Positions 39,819-52,423 are shown, counted from the whole stretch's first letter. The stretch is DNA of 63,855 bases, filler included, from Reticulomyxa filosa (GCA_000512085.1; 20 parts of 20 records of this genome joined end to end with filler, not necessarily neighbours in it); one strand, 5' to 3'. Program-made: numbers and translations. The notes: generated by a model not told the origin, from the sequence alone.

Positions 39819-42800
39819 TTGAAATCCGATTTCCTTCCATCCTTCGTGGGGTTCGCACGGAGGCTCAATGTCTTTATATTTGGAATCAAACATGAAGCAT
39901 CTCCACAGTTGCTGCAGCTTGTATTGATGGATGCTGTTTTTCCAAGACACACGTGTGTTCATGTCTTGCACAATCTTGACAAACTCTCCGACGTACTGCA
40001 CAAACTTTTGTTCGTGTCTCTCGTGATGGCGAGTGAACACGTCGATCATGTCCTGACAAGCATCAAAACGAGTGACGCGCAAAGAGGACCAATCATCTTT
40101 GGTGAACATGTGATACTGTGGATGTTTCACAATGTCACTCTGCACGACAGGCATGGGATTGTCAGTCCGATTACCATTGCCAACGTCAGGAGTGCTAATT
40201 CCCCAATTTGTCAAAAAGCCTCGCAATCGTTCCATCGAAGAGCGTTTGAGATTCACGCCCTCGCTTCCTGTTCGTCGTCTTTGTTGTTGTTGTTGTTGTT
40301 GTTGCTGTTGTTGCTGTTGTTGCTGTTGTTGTTGTTGTTGGGCAGATGGATTGGGACCTTTCGGAGGAGGTACTCTTGGCACAGGAGGAGGCCTGGTACT
40401 TGTCGGAGTACTCGTTTTGGACGTCACGTCAAAGGCCAAGGACGCATACGCGGCCGCAGCGGCAACAACACTTCCAGGAGTCCAACTTTGGCTCTGCGTG
40501 TGTCCACTGCGACGACTGGGCGTCGGGCTGTTGCTGCCTTTGTCGTCATTCGATCTCCAAAGGCGATCCCAAACCCTACGATTGACCGAGGCGCTTGGCT
40601 CTCCATTCACTCCTGTTCCTGTTCCTGTTCCTGTTCCCGTCGTCATGGTGTCGTTAACAGAATTGCTACTCGGCAAAACAGAGAGGTCTTTGCTATTACT
40701 TTCGTCTTTCATCTCCTCATTTGTGGCTTGCTGCTGCTGCGATTGTTGAGACTGATCATTGGGATCATTCGTTGTGATACTACTCTCAATAACAATTTCA
40801 TCATCGTCTTCATTTCTTTCTTCCTCCTCCTCTTCCTCCTCTTCTTCTTCTTCTTCTTCTTCTTCTTCTTCTTTCTCCTACTTCCACTTCTTCTTGATCT
40901 CGGTCTTCATATGTATCGTCAATCTCGTACTTATCTGCATTGCCATTTGATTGCTCATGCTTATTATCCTCGTCCGTGATAGTGATGGCCTTTTCCACGA
41001 AGCTGGTGTCAGTGGAGGAGTAGGAAGACAGAAAGGACGGATCGCGGCCTTGTGGCGGTGCGTCGATACTTGGTTTGTCGGTAGCCGAATCCAGTTGCGT
41101 CACAGTCGTGTGCGCCGTCGCATCTTTTACCTCTTCGCGATTCAATTGCGTATCTTGGTCCTTGCTTTGCAAAGGTGCTTCGCTTTGATGACTGTACTCA
41201 TCATTCTTCTCTTTCTCCTGCACGTCCTTCTCCTGATCGTCCTTCTCTTCTTTGACCAAAGAGCATCCATTGATGGTGCTTGCAGAGGGAGGAGCCTCTG
41301 CGAGTTCGTCGACCGCGCTGATTGGAGGCAATGGCTCGCCAAAGCCTTGGAAGGGCGGACTTGGTGCTTTCATTGAAGGAGGCGCTGGCGCAGCTGTTGA
41401 CGGCTTTCGCTTTTCGTCTTCTTTTTTTTGATAAAACTGCACGGGAAATGGCAATAGCACCAGTTTAAGAGTCGATACATTCTTATTCCTTGCACCATTG
41501 GTATCACTTACACTTGTGTGTCCTCCTATTCCTGCTCCTACTCCTGCTCCTGCTCCTGCTCCTACTCCTACTCCTGATGAACTCACCATGTTGTCCACCA
41601 CTGCTGTCGTTGTCGATGGCGCTACGCTGTTCAGTGCGGGGCTACCCACTCCATTGCCAGAGGTACTGTGACTAAAGTGTATGTGTTACAGTTGGCTGGA
41701 TATATATATATATATATGTACGAATATATATGTATACATTAACTCCACATAAAAAAACAAAACAACTCTGTTGAAACTGACTTTTCCGCAGTTTTGTTAT
41801 CAGAGACATCTTGCGCCTTTACTTCTGCATTGCCAGACTCGGTCCCGGCTGGCACATTGCTTGTCTCTGTCACGGCTGTGATGTTATTGCCATTGCTATT
41901 GCTATTACTATTGCTATTGCTATTGCTATTGCCATTGCTATTGCTATTGGACGAAGAAGAGGAGATTGAAACAGACGTGTTGGCAGCTGGAGGGGGTATA
42001 TTGACGGATGCTAAAGGCGGGTTGATCGCTTTTACCACTGTTTTGCGATTGGAAGAGGACACGTTTTGTGACGAATAATCCACTCGTGTTGTCAAGTCCA
42101 TCAAATCAATTTGAGTAAAATGTAACACTACCGTTTTGCAGCTTGATATCCCATCGACCCAATATAGACATATACATATGTATATATTTATGTATATGTT
42201 TATGTATATATGTAATATTGAGACAAACAAAAATTGAATGAAATAAAAACATGTGCAAACAAATAAAACTGTAAAGTAAAGTAAACTCTTTTGGTATTTG
42301 CGGTATGTGTTTAAAGTGTTCCGGAATACCCTCGATAGCTTTGGATTGCAAATGAAGAAGTTTCACATACAATTGAAAATGGATGTGTTGCACAAGAGGT
42401 TGCAGCGAAGAGAGACTCGAGCTGGACGAAGATTGTGATCGCGACTGTGTGTGTAAGGGTTGTAATGGTGGCACTTGTTGCAGTGGTTGTTGAGATTGCA
42501 AAGGCGATTGAGACGGATCAGGTTGTTGAGATGGCTGCAATGGTTGGGATGGCTGCAATGGTTGAGATGGTTGCAATGGTTGAGATGGCTGAGGTGATTG
42601 AGATGGTTGAGATGGTTGAGATGGTTGAGATGGTTGAGATGGCTGAGATGATTGCGGTTGCAAGGGTTGCGCAGGCGGGAGAGAATCTTTTTGTAACGAT
42701 TCAGCTGTAGCTTGGACATTGGGAGAAATAAGTTGGAAAAAAGGAATGGTTGGATCTAAAGGGGAAGACAAGATAATACGCGAGTCTTGGGTGATTAACA

Positions 42801-43584
42801 GCAATCGTTTTGTCCATGGCGAAAGCTTAATATTTTGTTTGGGTGGAATTGCCACAAAATAAAGCATTGGCTCGTCGCGTTCTTTTTTCAATTCTTGTTC
42901 AATTTCTTGTTTATTCATCCATTCCATTTTTTCATTTGCAAAAGCTATCTCTACTTTTGTGCTTCCTTTTTTTTTTTTTTTTTTTTTTTTTGCATCCAAT
43001 CACAAACATTAATTTGTGTTGATTTTTTTGTTCTAATGTAAATTTTTTTTTTTTTTTTTTTTTTTGATAAAAAAACTTACTCAGCAGAAGAATTATCACC
43101 AATTTGTTGCTGTTGTTGTGGAGGTAAAGAGAACAATCGTTGTTGTGCTGACAACAAAGCTCCGATTTTCTTCCATTTGCTTTGATATTTAGAAATACAG
43201 TCGTTGATTATGTTTACTATATGCTCTGGCTTGTCTCCACTCCGTCGGATGTGCAAATAGGTTACACACGCCAAACATATTCGCTTCTTCTCTTCTCCGA
43301 CCATTTCACGGGAACGTGAACAATGATCACATACAACATTGCCACAAGTGCGGCTCAAATTTTTTTTTTTGTTTATTTTATTTTGTGAATTTTGTTCATT
43401 TCAAACCTTTTTTTTTTTTTTTTTTTGCAATCAGTCACACAAAAAGTTGCTCTTGTTCTCTTTACCAGTGATGGCGTCTAGTTGCAAACGTGAAAAAGCC
43501 GTCACAATTATAGCACTTATTCGACTCTTCATCGGGAATCCAATCTGCTGAGCTTGAAGCTGAATGATTATAGGCAAATCTCAT
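39819..43584 (-). CDS. FYVE zinc finger plus ELMO/CED-12 domain protein (multi-exon, 3' partial)
   Basis: WIPDEESNKCYNC..FTFATRRHHC|RTCGNVVCDHCS..KRICLAC is a FYVE finger; HQYKLQQLW..EGWKEIGFQ|gt matches the start of the ELMO domain (W..IGFQG.DP); long Q/S/P/N-rich linkers between. Confidence 0.75.
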
Positions 43585-43955
43585 GATTTGATTATAAACG
43601 AAGAAAGATAATTCTTTTGTTACGTATTTTATTTCTTTTTTTTCGAAACTCGCCTGCACGCGTCTTAGACCCAGATCACCAGACCAACCGGAATGTCTTG
43701 TCGTACTGTGGTGTTGCTAAACATATTGAAATTTATACTAAAAATTCTAAGTAAAATTTTATAATCATTGTTTTGAAATTTAATTGCTTGAAACTGAAGT
43801 ATCATCCTGAATTTGGACCTTTTGCGACTTGTAATCGAAAAAAAATAAATTCAGCTATAGCACAGCGGATTAAAGAAATTAAGAAGGGAGACAACTGATC
43901 AATCGAGCCAAAGCGATTAAACGTACCCTTTGACTGTTTGGAACTTAAAAAAAAA

Positions 43956-44960
43956 ATGAAACAATTATCAAAGCTTTTTCAAGTTTCAAGCAAAAAAAAC
44001 TTGACATGTATTTCATCTGAAGTTTTGAGCAAGAGTATTGTGGGCCCCAAAGTGCTTTACTTTGGAGAAATACATCATAATACTGATGTTCTTAATTGCC
44101 AGCTTGAGCTGCTTCACTCGTTGTGTGAGAATAAGAGCAAAGCCACAAAGATAGCAGTGGTGATGGAGATGTTTAATCTAAATCACCAAGAGCTGTTAAA
44201 TCGCTATATGCAAAGTGGATGCGATTCAAAAGACGACAATAGTAAAAGTGACAAAGAGCCAATGTCTTTGGAATCATTTCAAAAAGAATACGACATAATC
44301 GGGCCAAAAGAAGGTTTCAAAATCGCGGGGCACTATGGAGCGATTCTCCAAATGTGCCGAAAGAATGGCATTGACGTCTTGGCAGGCTTTCCTCCTCGCG
44401 AGACCGCATCACAGTTGGTATCGTTGATAAAAAGTAAAGATGAGTCATTTACAACTCAAGTCCACAAATTGTTGAAAGCGACCCCTCTGTGTTTGGACTT
44501 GGAACAGTCGAGTATATATGAGTCACTGATATTTGGCAAAGATTGGAATTATTGTCGATACTTTTATTACTTACTCACACAAGAGTACCTTGCCGAACAA
44601 GCAAGTGAAGCCACGATGCAAATGGCAATGGACAAATTCAAAACTATATTTCCCGCACAGTGCTTTAAAGACACAATTATGGCCAAAACTATCGTAGCCA
44701 ATTACCACAAATATGATCATATTGTTGTCATTGCAGGAAAAGGTCATTTGGACTTGGGCTTTGGAGTGCCCATTCGCGTTCAACGGCTCATTACCGAACA
44801 GGACATAAGCACACATAAACATACTGCCTCCAAGGATGATATCAAATCTTCTAGTACACAAGACATCCCCACTCTTATTTTCACTACTGCAACAGCACAA
44901 GAGTGGGAAAATCATCCTTTCAAAACTCAAACACTTGCTGATTTTGTCGTTCTCATTTAA
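43956..44960 (+). CDS. ChaN-like (haem-binding uptake, EreA/ChaN/Tiki superfamily) protein, intronless
   Basis: VLYFGEIHH, Q.ELL..L, VVMEMF...Q..L..Y, Q..KDTIMAKTI, VVIAGKGHLDLGFGVP match the ChaN pattern (GE.H, EMF, D..MA, G.GH...G.GVP). Confidence 0.8.
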   Translation: MKQLSKLFQVSSKKNLTCISSEVLSKSIVGPKVLYFGEIHHNTDVLNCQLELLHSLCENKSKATKIAVVMEMFNLNHQELLNRYMQSGCDSKDDNSKSDKEPMSLESFQKEYDIIGPKEGFKIAGHYGAILQMCRKNGIDVLAGFPPRETASQLVSLIKSKDESFTTQVHKLLKATPLCLDLEQSSIYESLIFGKDWNYCRYFYYLLTQEYLAEQASEATMQMAMDKFKTIFPAQCFKDTIMAKTIVANYHKYDHIVVIAGKGHLDLGFGVPIRVQRLITEQDISTHKHTASKDDIKSSSTQDIPTLIFTTATAQEWENHPFKTQTLADFVVLI

Positions 44961-45211
44961 ATTTATATTCTTTTAATAAACAGACTAATTTTCATTTTTT
45001 TGTTGAACTTTCATAAAAGACCCCCCTTTTTTTTTGTGGTGAACTCACACTTTTTGTTAACCTTTAAAATAAAATAAGAATAGTTAAATAATAATTGTCC
45101 CCCCCCCCCACTACTCCAACTAAGTATGGGTAGACATTAGATCTTGTTTTGCAATTTTCACTCACGTCTTTTTTGTAACACAAAAAATTGATTTCAAATT
45201 TCAAACTTTGA

Positions 45212-45853
45212 CTAAGTCTTTCGCTTTGTTTTATGTGCCAAACTTTTTCCTTTCTTTTTTCTTTTTTTCGATGATGTGCGATCTCTCTTTGAGCGCTTAC
45301 GTCGACTCTTCTTTTCACTTTTGCGAAACTTTCGTGAAGACCTCGAAGCAGTGCTCGGAGAAAAATCAAACATAGTTTGTCGCATATTTGTGGCTTGTTG
45401 GTGGGCCATTGCATTTTGTGTGCTGCGCATTGCTTGCAAGTTTGGTCTTGTCGAATTTCGATCCGTTGTGATATCTTCATCTCGAACTGAGGATACAAGG
45501 ACTGATCTATCTGCATGTGATGGCGACTCCAACACGATTGATGGATGTGACGTGTGGGACGCTATATCATGACTTGCTGTTATCTGGCCATTCGGCTTGC
45601 GTGACAAATAAAATCGTATACCATAGGTGCACAAATACGATGCAAGTAGTGCAATACCCAACAAAGCACAGGAAATACGGGCAACTAACATGTAATTTTC
45701 AGTAAATTTGGATGATTTATAATATTCAGTGTCGTACGATGACTCGTTGCAGAAGACGTAGTGAAATGCGTCTTGTGCTGGACTAGTACGCCAACCTTTA
45801 TTGCAAACACAAGTATTGTTGACGAACGTACCATGGTTGCAGGTAAACGCCTG
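45212..45853 (-). CDS. EGF-like domain single-pass membrane protein (5' exons uncertain, possibly up to 46412)
   Basis: TCNHGTFVNNTCVCNKGW..C after an AG acceptor, then TM ISCALLGIALLASYLCTYGI and a basic tail. Confidence 0.65.
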   Translation of the reverse strand, partial: QAFTCNHGTFVNNTCVCNKGWRTSPAQDAFHYVFCNESSYDTEYYKSSKFTENYMLVARISCALLGIALLASYLCTYGIRFYLSRKPNGQITASHDIASHTSHPSIVLESPSHADRSVLVSSVRDEDITTDRNSTRPNLQAMRSTQNAMAHQQATNMRQTMFDFSPSTASRSSRKFRKSEKKSRRKRSKRDRTSSKKRKKKGKSLAHKTKRKT

Positions 45854-46740
45854 CTATGTGGAAAATAAGATGATAGATTATTAGCATGTCTTTATTATTA
45901 AAGATAAAGAAAAAAAACCCTTCACGTTCGAAAGGTCAACAGAATTTTATTTTTTGTTTCGTTTAAATGAAAAACTATAAATTCTCCAAACAACTTTTTA
46001 ATATGCGCATACTGATTGTGAAGCATTGCCAGTGCCTTGGACAGCACCAGCTTGTGGATTAGTATATATAAATCTATATACACCATTGACATTTCTTCTC
46101 ATTTCTCCCCACGGTTCTTGTGTCACACATTCATTTGTGGTTGAATTATATGTCTATGGGTTTAGTGCTTTGAGCTTTGCTTGTGCTGCTGAAAAAACAT
46201 TGTTACGAAAATTTTTATTGTACCTCTGGTGGAATACAATTATTTGCCATAGAATTTTCGCAAACTTTTGACAGTTGACTATATACTTGTCCATTATAAC
46301 ATTGAACGACTGCCCCAGTTGAAAATATCAACCCTCTTTCTGTTACCAACAGAAAAATTAAAATGTTTACAAATTTCATTGAAGAAATAATACACGAAAC
46401 CAAAATTATCATTAGATCAATAATGTAAAAATAATTACGTCATTCAATTATTTTTTTCAATTGTAATAACGTTCTACCAATTTTTCAGCATATGCTGGTA
46501 ATTTTTACCTTTTTATATTTAAAATTCGAGAATTTAAAAATATAGTATCAAGCTTAAAACTTTTTGAACACTGCAACAAATAAATCAAATATAATAGCAT
46601 CGAAACAAAGAATAACTATTCTTTTTATTTTTCCCTCTCACAACACTATATGTTTGACTTTTCTTTTTCAAGTTTTTACTGCTTAAGAAAGACGACCAAA
46701 TTTTTTGGAAGGGTTTCCCACTAATCCTGAAATTGCTAAC

Positions 46741-47203
46741 ATGCCACAAGGCATCCAAAAGAATAGAACTAAGGGCGGTCAAAAAAAAGCTGCCAATAAG
46801 AAGTCCTTGAAGAAAAGTGGCACTCCACGCTTTGGTAAGTTGTTCTTACTTTTTTTTTTCTCGTCACTAAACTGAACACTACACATATCAATTCACAAAT
46901 TATGAAAATCCAAAAGCAAGCTTACCGAGATTTAAAAAGGCGGGAAAATTATCTGTTCATGTGAGTTTTCAATGATATCTTTTTCTGTTTTAATTACTTT
47001 TCTATACATTATTTTTTGTTTTGTTTTGTTTTTGCAATCAGTCAATGACAGTGGCTATTAATCAAACAAATCATGAGATTGCATTGCAATCCGCATTGAG
47101 AGCAGGTGAACAATTAACAGTCGTAGGCCAGAGTAATAGCAAAAGAGGTCCACAAAAACTTAAAAATACTTCTGTCAAAAGACAAAAAGTGACTAAATCA
47201 TGA
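46741..47203 (+). CDS. Small basic protein, UPF0390/C19orf53-like (3 exons)
   Basis: Exons 46741-46834, 46917-46960, 47042-47203 splice in frame: MPQGIQK..KSGTPRFASLPRFKKAGKLSVHSMTVAINQTNHEIALQSA..LTVV. The MxQG start and helix pattern resemble UPF0390. Confidence 0.55.
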
Positions 47204-48248
47204 AATTCATCAATATTGTCACAATTTTTATCTTATACTCTAACTTGTAGAGATCATCACCTCTTTTGTCTGAAATCTTTTTTCGGCTCAAATTATTTGT
47301 GTTTGTGCACGTTGTGTTATTTTCCTAATGTGAAATGATTATTTTTTCTTTTGCTTAACACATTGAGAAAAGCAGTTTTCTTTTTCTTCATTACCACATA
47401 GTATTAACTTCATTTTGATCTAATAACAAAAGAAGTAAGAAAAATTAAAAAGAGGGTCATTGAAAAATTTAAGGATAGAATAAAAAACCATCATATGAGT
47501 AATGATCTTTTACACTTGTTTTGTATATCTGTCGAGTCTGCTATGCCTTCATCCCAAAGATAAACTGCAAATATGCCAAATGTAGACAGCCATTGCATTA
47601 CTACCGCAATCATCCACACATTGGTGGATTTTTTGCCAATTGGATGTAAGGACCTTTGGAATGAAAACGAGTAGGTCTAACTGACGTATTGACATTCGTA
47701 TCTCGTTCAAGCGTGACTTTTTCTGTTGATATTGCTTCATTAATCAGCACAAATGTTAAGATACTGCGAATTACAGAAAATGAAAAGATCAGCTGGTTCA
47801 GTGAAAGTACATTTTTGTTTTAAAAAAAAAAAAAAAGTGTGGTACACGAAAAACCATAAAAGGTAAGGGACCAAGGGCATAATGAGATTTTGTACTACTT
47901 CAACAGTAGTACAAAAATTAAATAAATTATGTCAGATCACCTTACCGGTATATGATCGTGTGTGAACAATACTGTTTCGGACTGTCAAATCTTTTTTTTA
48001 TCAAAAAAAATATTACTATATATTTTGCCGATATTTTAATTGAAAAACTTTTTACATTTCAAAAAAAGATGAAATATTGATACGTTTTTTTTGATGATTA
48101 TGCGGTAACTGGTGGAGTACAAATTCGTCAGTTAAAAAAAAAATTGAATTTTATTAAAATTTGTGTTAAACTCAACATAATTCAAAATTTCACAATTGAA
48201 AATAATCGAATAAAAAAAAAAAATACAAAATAACAACCAAATATATGT

Positions 48249-48780
48249 TTACTTTCTTCTTTTTGATAATTTTTTAAGTTTAGCTCGTCTTCTGACTAAT
48301 TGAATTTGCGCTTTACTCATTCCTTGAAAAGATGGCTTTCTTTTGTTTTTCTTGACAAGTCGTTGTTGTAAAATGGATTTCCACGTATTAACTCTTTGAA
48401 CTTTGAGACGTTCATTATTTTCTCGCTCTTCAGTTTGAGCAAGTGTAGCCTTCTTGAAAACATCTTGACTGCGGAATGGATTGATGACACTGGGTTTCTT
48501 TTTCATTTTGTCATTTTCATCTCTTTTTTTAGGATGCTCTAAATTGAACTTTCTCGCATTTTGAACTCGTTTACGCAATCCAGGATGCATTTTCATTTTT
48601 CTGCGCAAGGCTTTTTTGACTCTCCTTTCACGAACAGTAATAGGTAATTTACCAAATACTTTTTTAAATTCCAAATTGGCATCAGTTGATTGTTTTGGAG
48701 GTTTTAATTGTGTGTCTGCAATTAAATATGATGTCACATGACTCAAGTAAGGTTTTACCATTTCAGCAGGTTGTAACATC
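48249..48780 (-). CDS. C-terminal exon of DEAD-box helicase DDX56/DBP9-like
   Basis: LQPAEMVKPYLSHVTSYL resembles DDX56 LHPAVVKPHLGHVPDYL, and NPFRS resembles NPLRSF; Lys-rich tail; helicase core lost at contig end. Confidence 0.55.
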
Positions 48781-48822
48781 TTTTTTTGTTGTAACACAAA
48801 AACAATAAAATGCTCAAAATTT

Positions 48823-48853
<31 letters not shown>

Positions 48854-48953
48854 NNNNNNNNNNNNNNNNNNNNNNNNNNNNNNNNNNNNNNNNNNNNTTA
48901 ATTAATTAANNNNNNNNNNNNNNNNNNNNNNNNNNNNNNNNNNNNNNNNNNNN

Positions 48954-49720
48954 ATTATCATTATCGCTATGTATGTCCTCTTTTGTTTCCTCTTTTTCGT
49001 CGCGATTCAATTCTTGCTTCATAATCTTCTTCGCTCCATTTTTCTTGTTGTCGTCATTATCATTACTTTCGCTGCTTTCCTTTTTGTATCCATTTTCATT
49101 TTTATTTTCATTCTCATTTCTGTCATATGTTGACTGGAGTAGTTTCGGAGCTTGATTCTCTTGGCTGGCACTACGCATCGATCTCGATTTTGATCTTGAT
49201 CTCGATTTTGCATTTGATTTAGGCTCTGTGTCCAATTTTGCTTTCTCTTCCTTCAGAGACTTCATCTCTTTTTTCATCTCCTCCAATTGCATTGACTTTT
49301 TATTATTATTATTATCATTATTATTGTTATTATCTTCCTCAAACACGTGCAGTGTTCTCTAAAAAAAAAAAACAAAAAACTTAGAGTGGCTCCAATTTTT
49401 TTTTTTAAAAAAAAAAAGATAAACAAATACATATATACATATACATATACACGTAAATATCAATATAAATATATATGTATATGTACATATATGTCTATTA
49501 TTTGATAATATTACCAAGTCGTCTAGCTTTTTAATAATCGCCACTTCGCTTTTATTAATATGATCGATAATCATTCTATCAAACTCTGTTTTACAATATT
49601 CACACTTCGCGCTCGTTGGGCTTCCATTTCCTATTCCATCCATATTTTGTTCCCCCCTTTTTTTTTACACTTGCTCTACTCTTTTAATAATATCACATAA
49701 GACCTCTCTTTCTTTTTCTT
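48954..49720 (-). CDS. Hypothetical charged low-complexity protein fragment (multi-exon, partial)
   Basis: Open exons 49643-49516 and 49357-48954 separated by an AT-rich intron. Confidence 0.4.
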
Positions 49721-50401
49721 AACTCTTTCCTTTCTCCTTATATGGCTTTTTCTTTGACAACGAGGTCGTGAGACAGGACCGATTGTTTTTTTTTTTTAGA
49801 CCCATAAAAATAAAAAAATGTTTATAAAGAAGAGCATAATATACACAAACAAACACATACATTTGTATCTTCATTCGTCTTCCGGATTTCCTGTATCGAC
49901 ATTTGAACTCTCCGTTTTTTTTTTTTGGAGTTTCTTATGTACCCCCTTTTTCTGTTCAAGCTTTTGCTAGATAGTGGCAAACAAGTCGTGCACAAAATTT
50001 ATTTTTTAAAAATTGTTATTTTCTCCAAACGTGCAAATTTGTCATAGTAATCTAATCATAACCATTATTACTTTAAGTGATTTTTTTTCTTTATGTTTCA
50101 TGTACTTGCCATCAAAAAGGAAATGAGAGAAAATTCCAAACATAATTTCAGGTCTCCAGTGTTTCACTTGGTTTTGGAAGAGACTTTGCGAAGTAGCACT
50201 TTACACGTGAATTTCAATGTCAAAGTGAATTCTCCTTTGTATTTTGGAAAACAATTTCTAGAGCGAGTTTTGTGTGCATTGCCTCTTATCATTTTGAAGA
50301 GATCAGAAAGGTAAACTTTCGAATTTATTTAGAAAAAAAATTTTCAAATATAACACTTTTTTTTACTAAAAAAAAAACTACAAAAAAAAGAAACTCCAAA
50401 A

Positions 50402-50722
50402 TTAAAGATTTGGATTAACACCAAATTTTTGTAAACAGTATGCATTGGTCCGTGCTGCGGCCACTTTAGCTGATTGGGGTTCACTATCACTTGAGTGCTG
50501 GAATACTTCGGTGCCAAGATCGGAATACACCTCAAACTTTATGGTCGATTTGTTTCCAATAAGTTTTCGAATTTTCCTCCTGATACGAATCACAACAAAT
50601 TTTTCGTATACCCATGGACCCTCCACACTCACTTTGGGTTTGACTAGTCCAACACGGATATTTTTTATCAATTCCCCAATGTTTCCATTGAAATCAAAGC
50701 CCTCGAATGCTTGCATTGCCAT
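50402..50722 (-). CDS. Hypothetical 106-aa protein
   Basis: ATG after an A-run, clean ORF with coding-like composition; no family recognised. Confidence 0.5.
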   Translation of the reverse strand: MAMQAFEGFDFNGNIGELIKNIRVGLVKPKVSVEGPWVYEKFVVIRIRRKIRKLIGNKSTIKFEVYSDLGTEVFQHSSDSEPQSAKVAAARTNAYCLQKFGVNPNL

Positions 50723-51263
50723 TTTTTTTTTTTTAGAATCAATTGAAAATTAAGAAAAAAGCAACAAACGACTGTGAACAAAAATTCACTGCTCGAAAGG
50801 CGGCTGTTCGGTTCAACAGCCAGTTCATTTTTTCTCCTTTCCTATGTGTTACCCTTATGTAACGATGTAGAAAACATCTTTTTTTTCTCGTAAAAATTAT
50901 ACTTGTAAAAATTAGTGTTAAATTAAGTAGAGAATATAAACTCTATTTTTTTGCGGTATAAAATGGTTGTAAAACGACAATGGTGAATGCTGATAAAGTG
51001 GAATGTTGGAGAAAGAAAAAAGAGGTCTTCTGGTAGCACTAAAAATTTTATGGGTCATAACAATTCGAACAAAATTTCACTTTCATCTGCAAATTTCATA
51101 ACTATTATCTCCTCTTGTATTTTAATTATAACAATGCCATCATAAACACAAAAAACTAAAAAATATTTTTACATTTTTTTTATCAAAAAGGCGTTTTTTT
51201 TTTTTGCACTACCCTCATCTTTTTAAAAAATCAAACTACTTATAGTCCCTCGGTATTAACAAC

Positions 51264-52423
51264 ATGAGTAAAAAAATCTTTCAAAGTTTGAAGGACTTGC
51301 CCATTCCACTTTCTGAATCTCAATGTGTGTTACATAAACACGAACTCCTCATTTGTGGAGGTGCGTACGAAAGAGATTGTTATTCTTATCATATACTCAA
51401 AAACGAATACAAGTTTATCTGTGAGTATCCAAGTGATGTTACATTAAATGGGCACTGTGTAGTGAAACTGGTAAATAACAACAAAGACAGCAATGAAATC
51501 AGTTTGCTATCTTTTAGGGGATCACTTAAACATACACTGATGATGAAATATGTAAGTGTTTGGAGTAATGACAATGAAATAAATGAATCAAAGAAATCAA
51601 CAAATTATAATCAATGGATTCCTTTCACAGAAAATTACGATAATCCTATTTATGCCGGAAGAGCTAAAGCTAATTATTGGGGAATGCGTGCAGTGATTGG
51701 TGGAAGCAATAATAACTTGTTATTTATCACTTATTTTCCAAAGAATATTAGTGTGCTGAATTTAAATACATTTCAATTTATTAAAGATGATACTTTACCA
51801 ATTGATGACTATATACAATATCAATGCTTTGTATCAAAGTCAGAAGATGAACAAGAAATAATGGAAACAAATGAAAAAAAAACGAAAAAAAAGAATGAAA
51901 TGCTATTGTTTTATAGAAAGATAGGATTATCAATTAAATATGATGAAGATAGCAATACTTTTCAATTTCATAAGCTACCTGTTTGTAATAACATTGCACC
52001 ATTCAATCATTATACATATGTCTATATTAATAATATAATATTATTCTTTGGTGGATGGAATGGTAAATCTGGTGATAAAAGCGCTATTTCAAAATCAGTA
52101 CACAAGTATTCAATACTAGAAAAACATGGATTACATTTGAATATACTTTACCTATTTCATTGAGTGGCTGCTTTGGGATATTCGATGATGACAATACTAA
52201 TATACATATCATCGGAGGAAGAACTGATAAAAATTTTACAGTGTCAACTCACATGAAAACAAAAGTGAGTAATTTGATAAATAAAAGGACACAGTTGGTA
52301 AGATTCTTTTCAAACTTTAAAACTATCTTCTTTTTTTTTTTTTTAATTAAACACATTTATATTTTATTATATGAAACAATCAACAGCCAAAAAAAGAAAT
52401 AAAACTTGTTGTTCAACACTGGA
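51264..52423 (+). CDS. Kelch-like beta-propeller protein of a lineage-expanded family (one frameshift near 52125; 3' partial)
   Basis: FQSLKDLPIPLSESQCVLHKHELLICGG..CYSYH, RAVIGGSNNNLLFIT, ILFFGGW, IHIIGG; frame jumps in the A-run GAAAAACATGG. Confidence 0.8.

Noticed and set aside
39819-40979. Long plus-strand ORFs with poly-Leu/poly-Cys (also 33318-33797, 21364-21867, 42435-42710)
   Set aside because: Antisense shadows of low-complexity codon repeats in real minus-strand genes.
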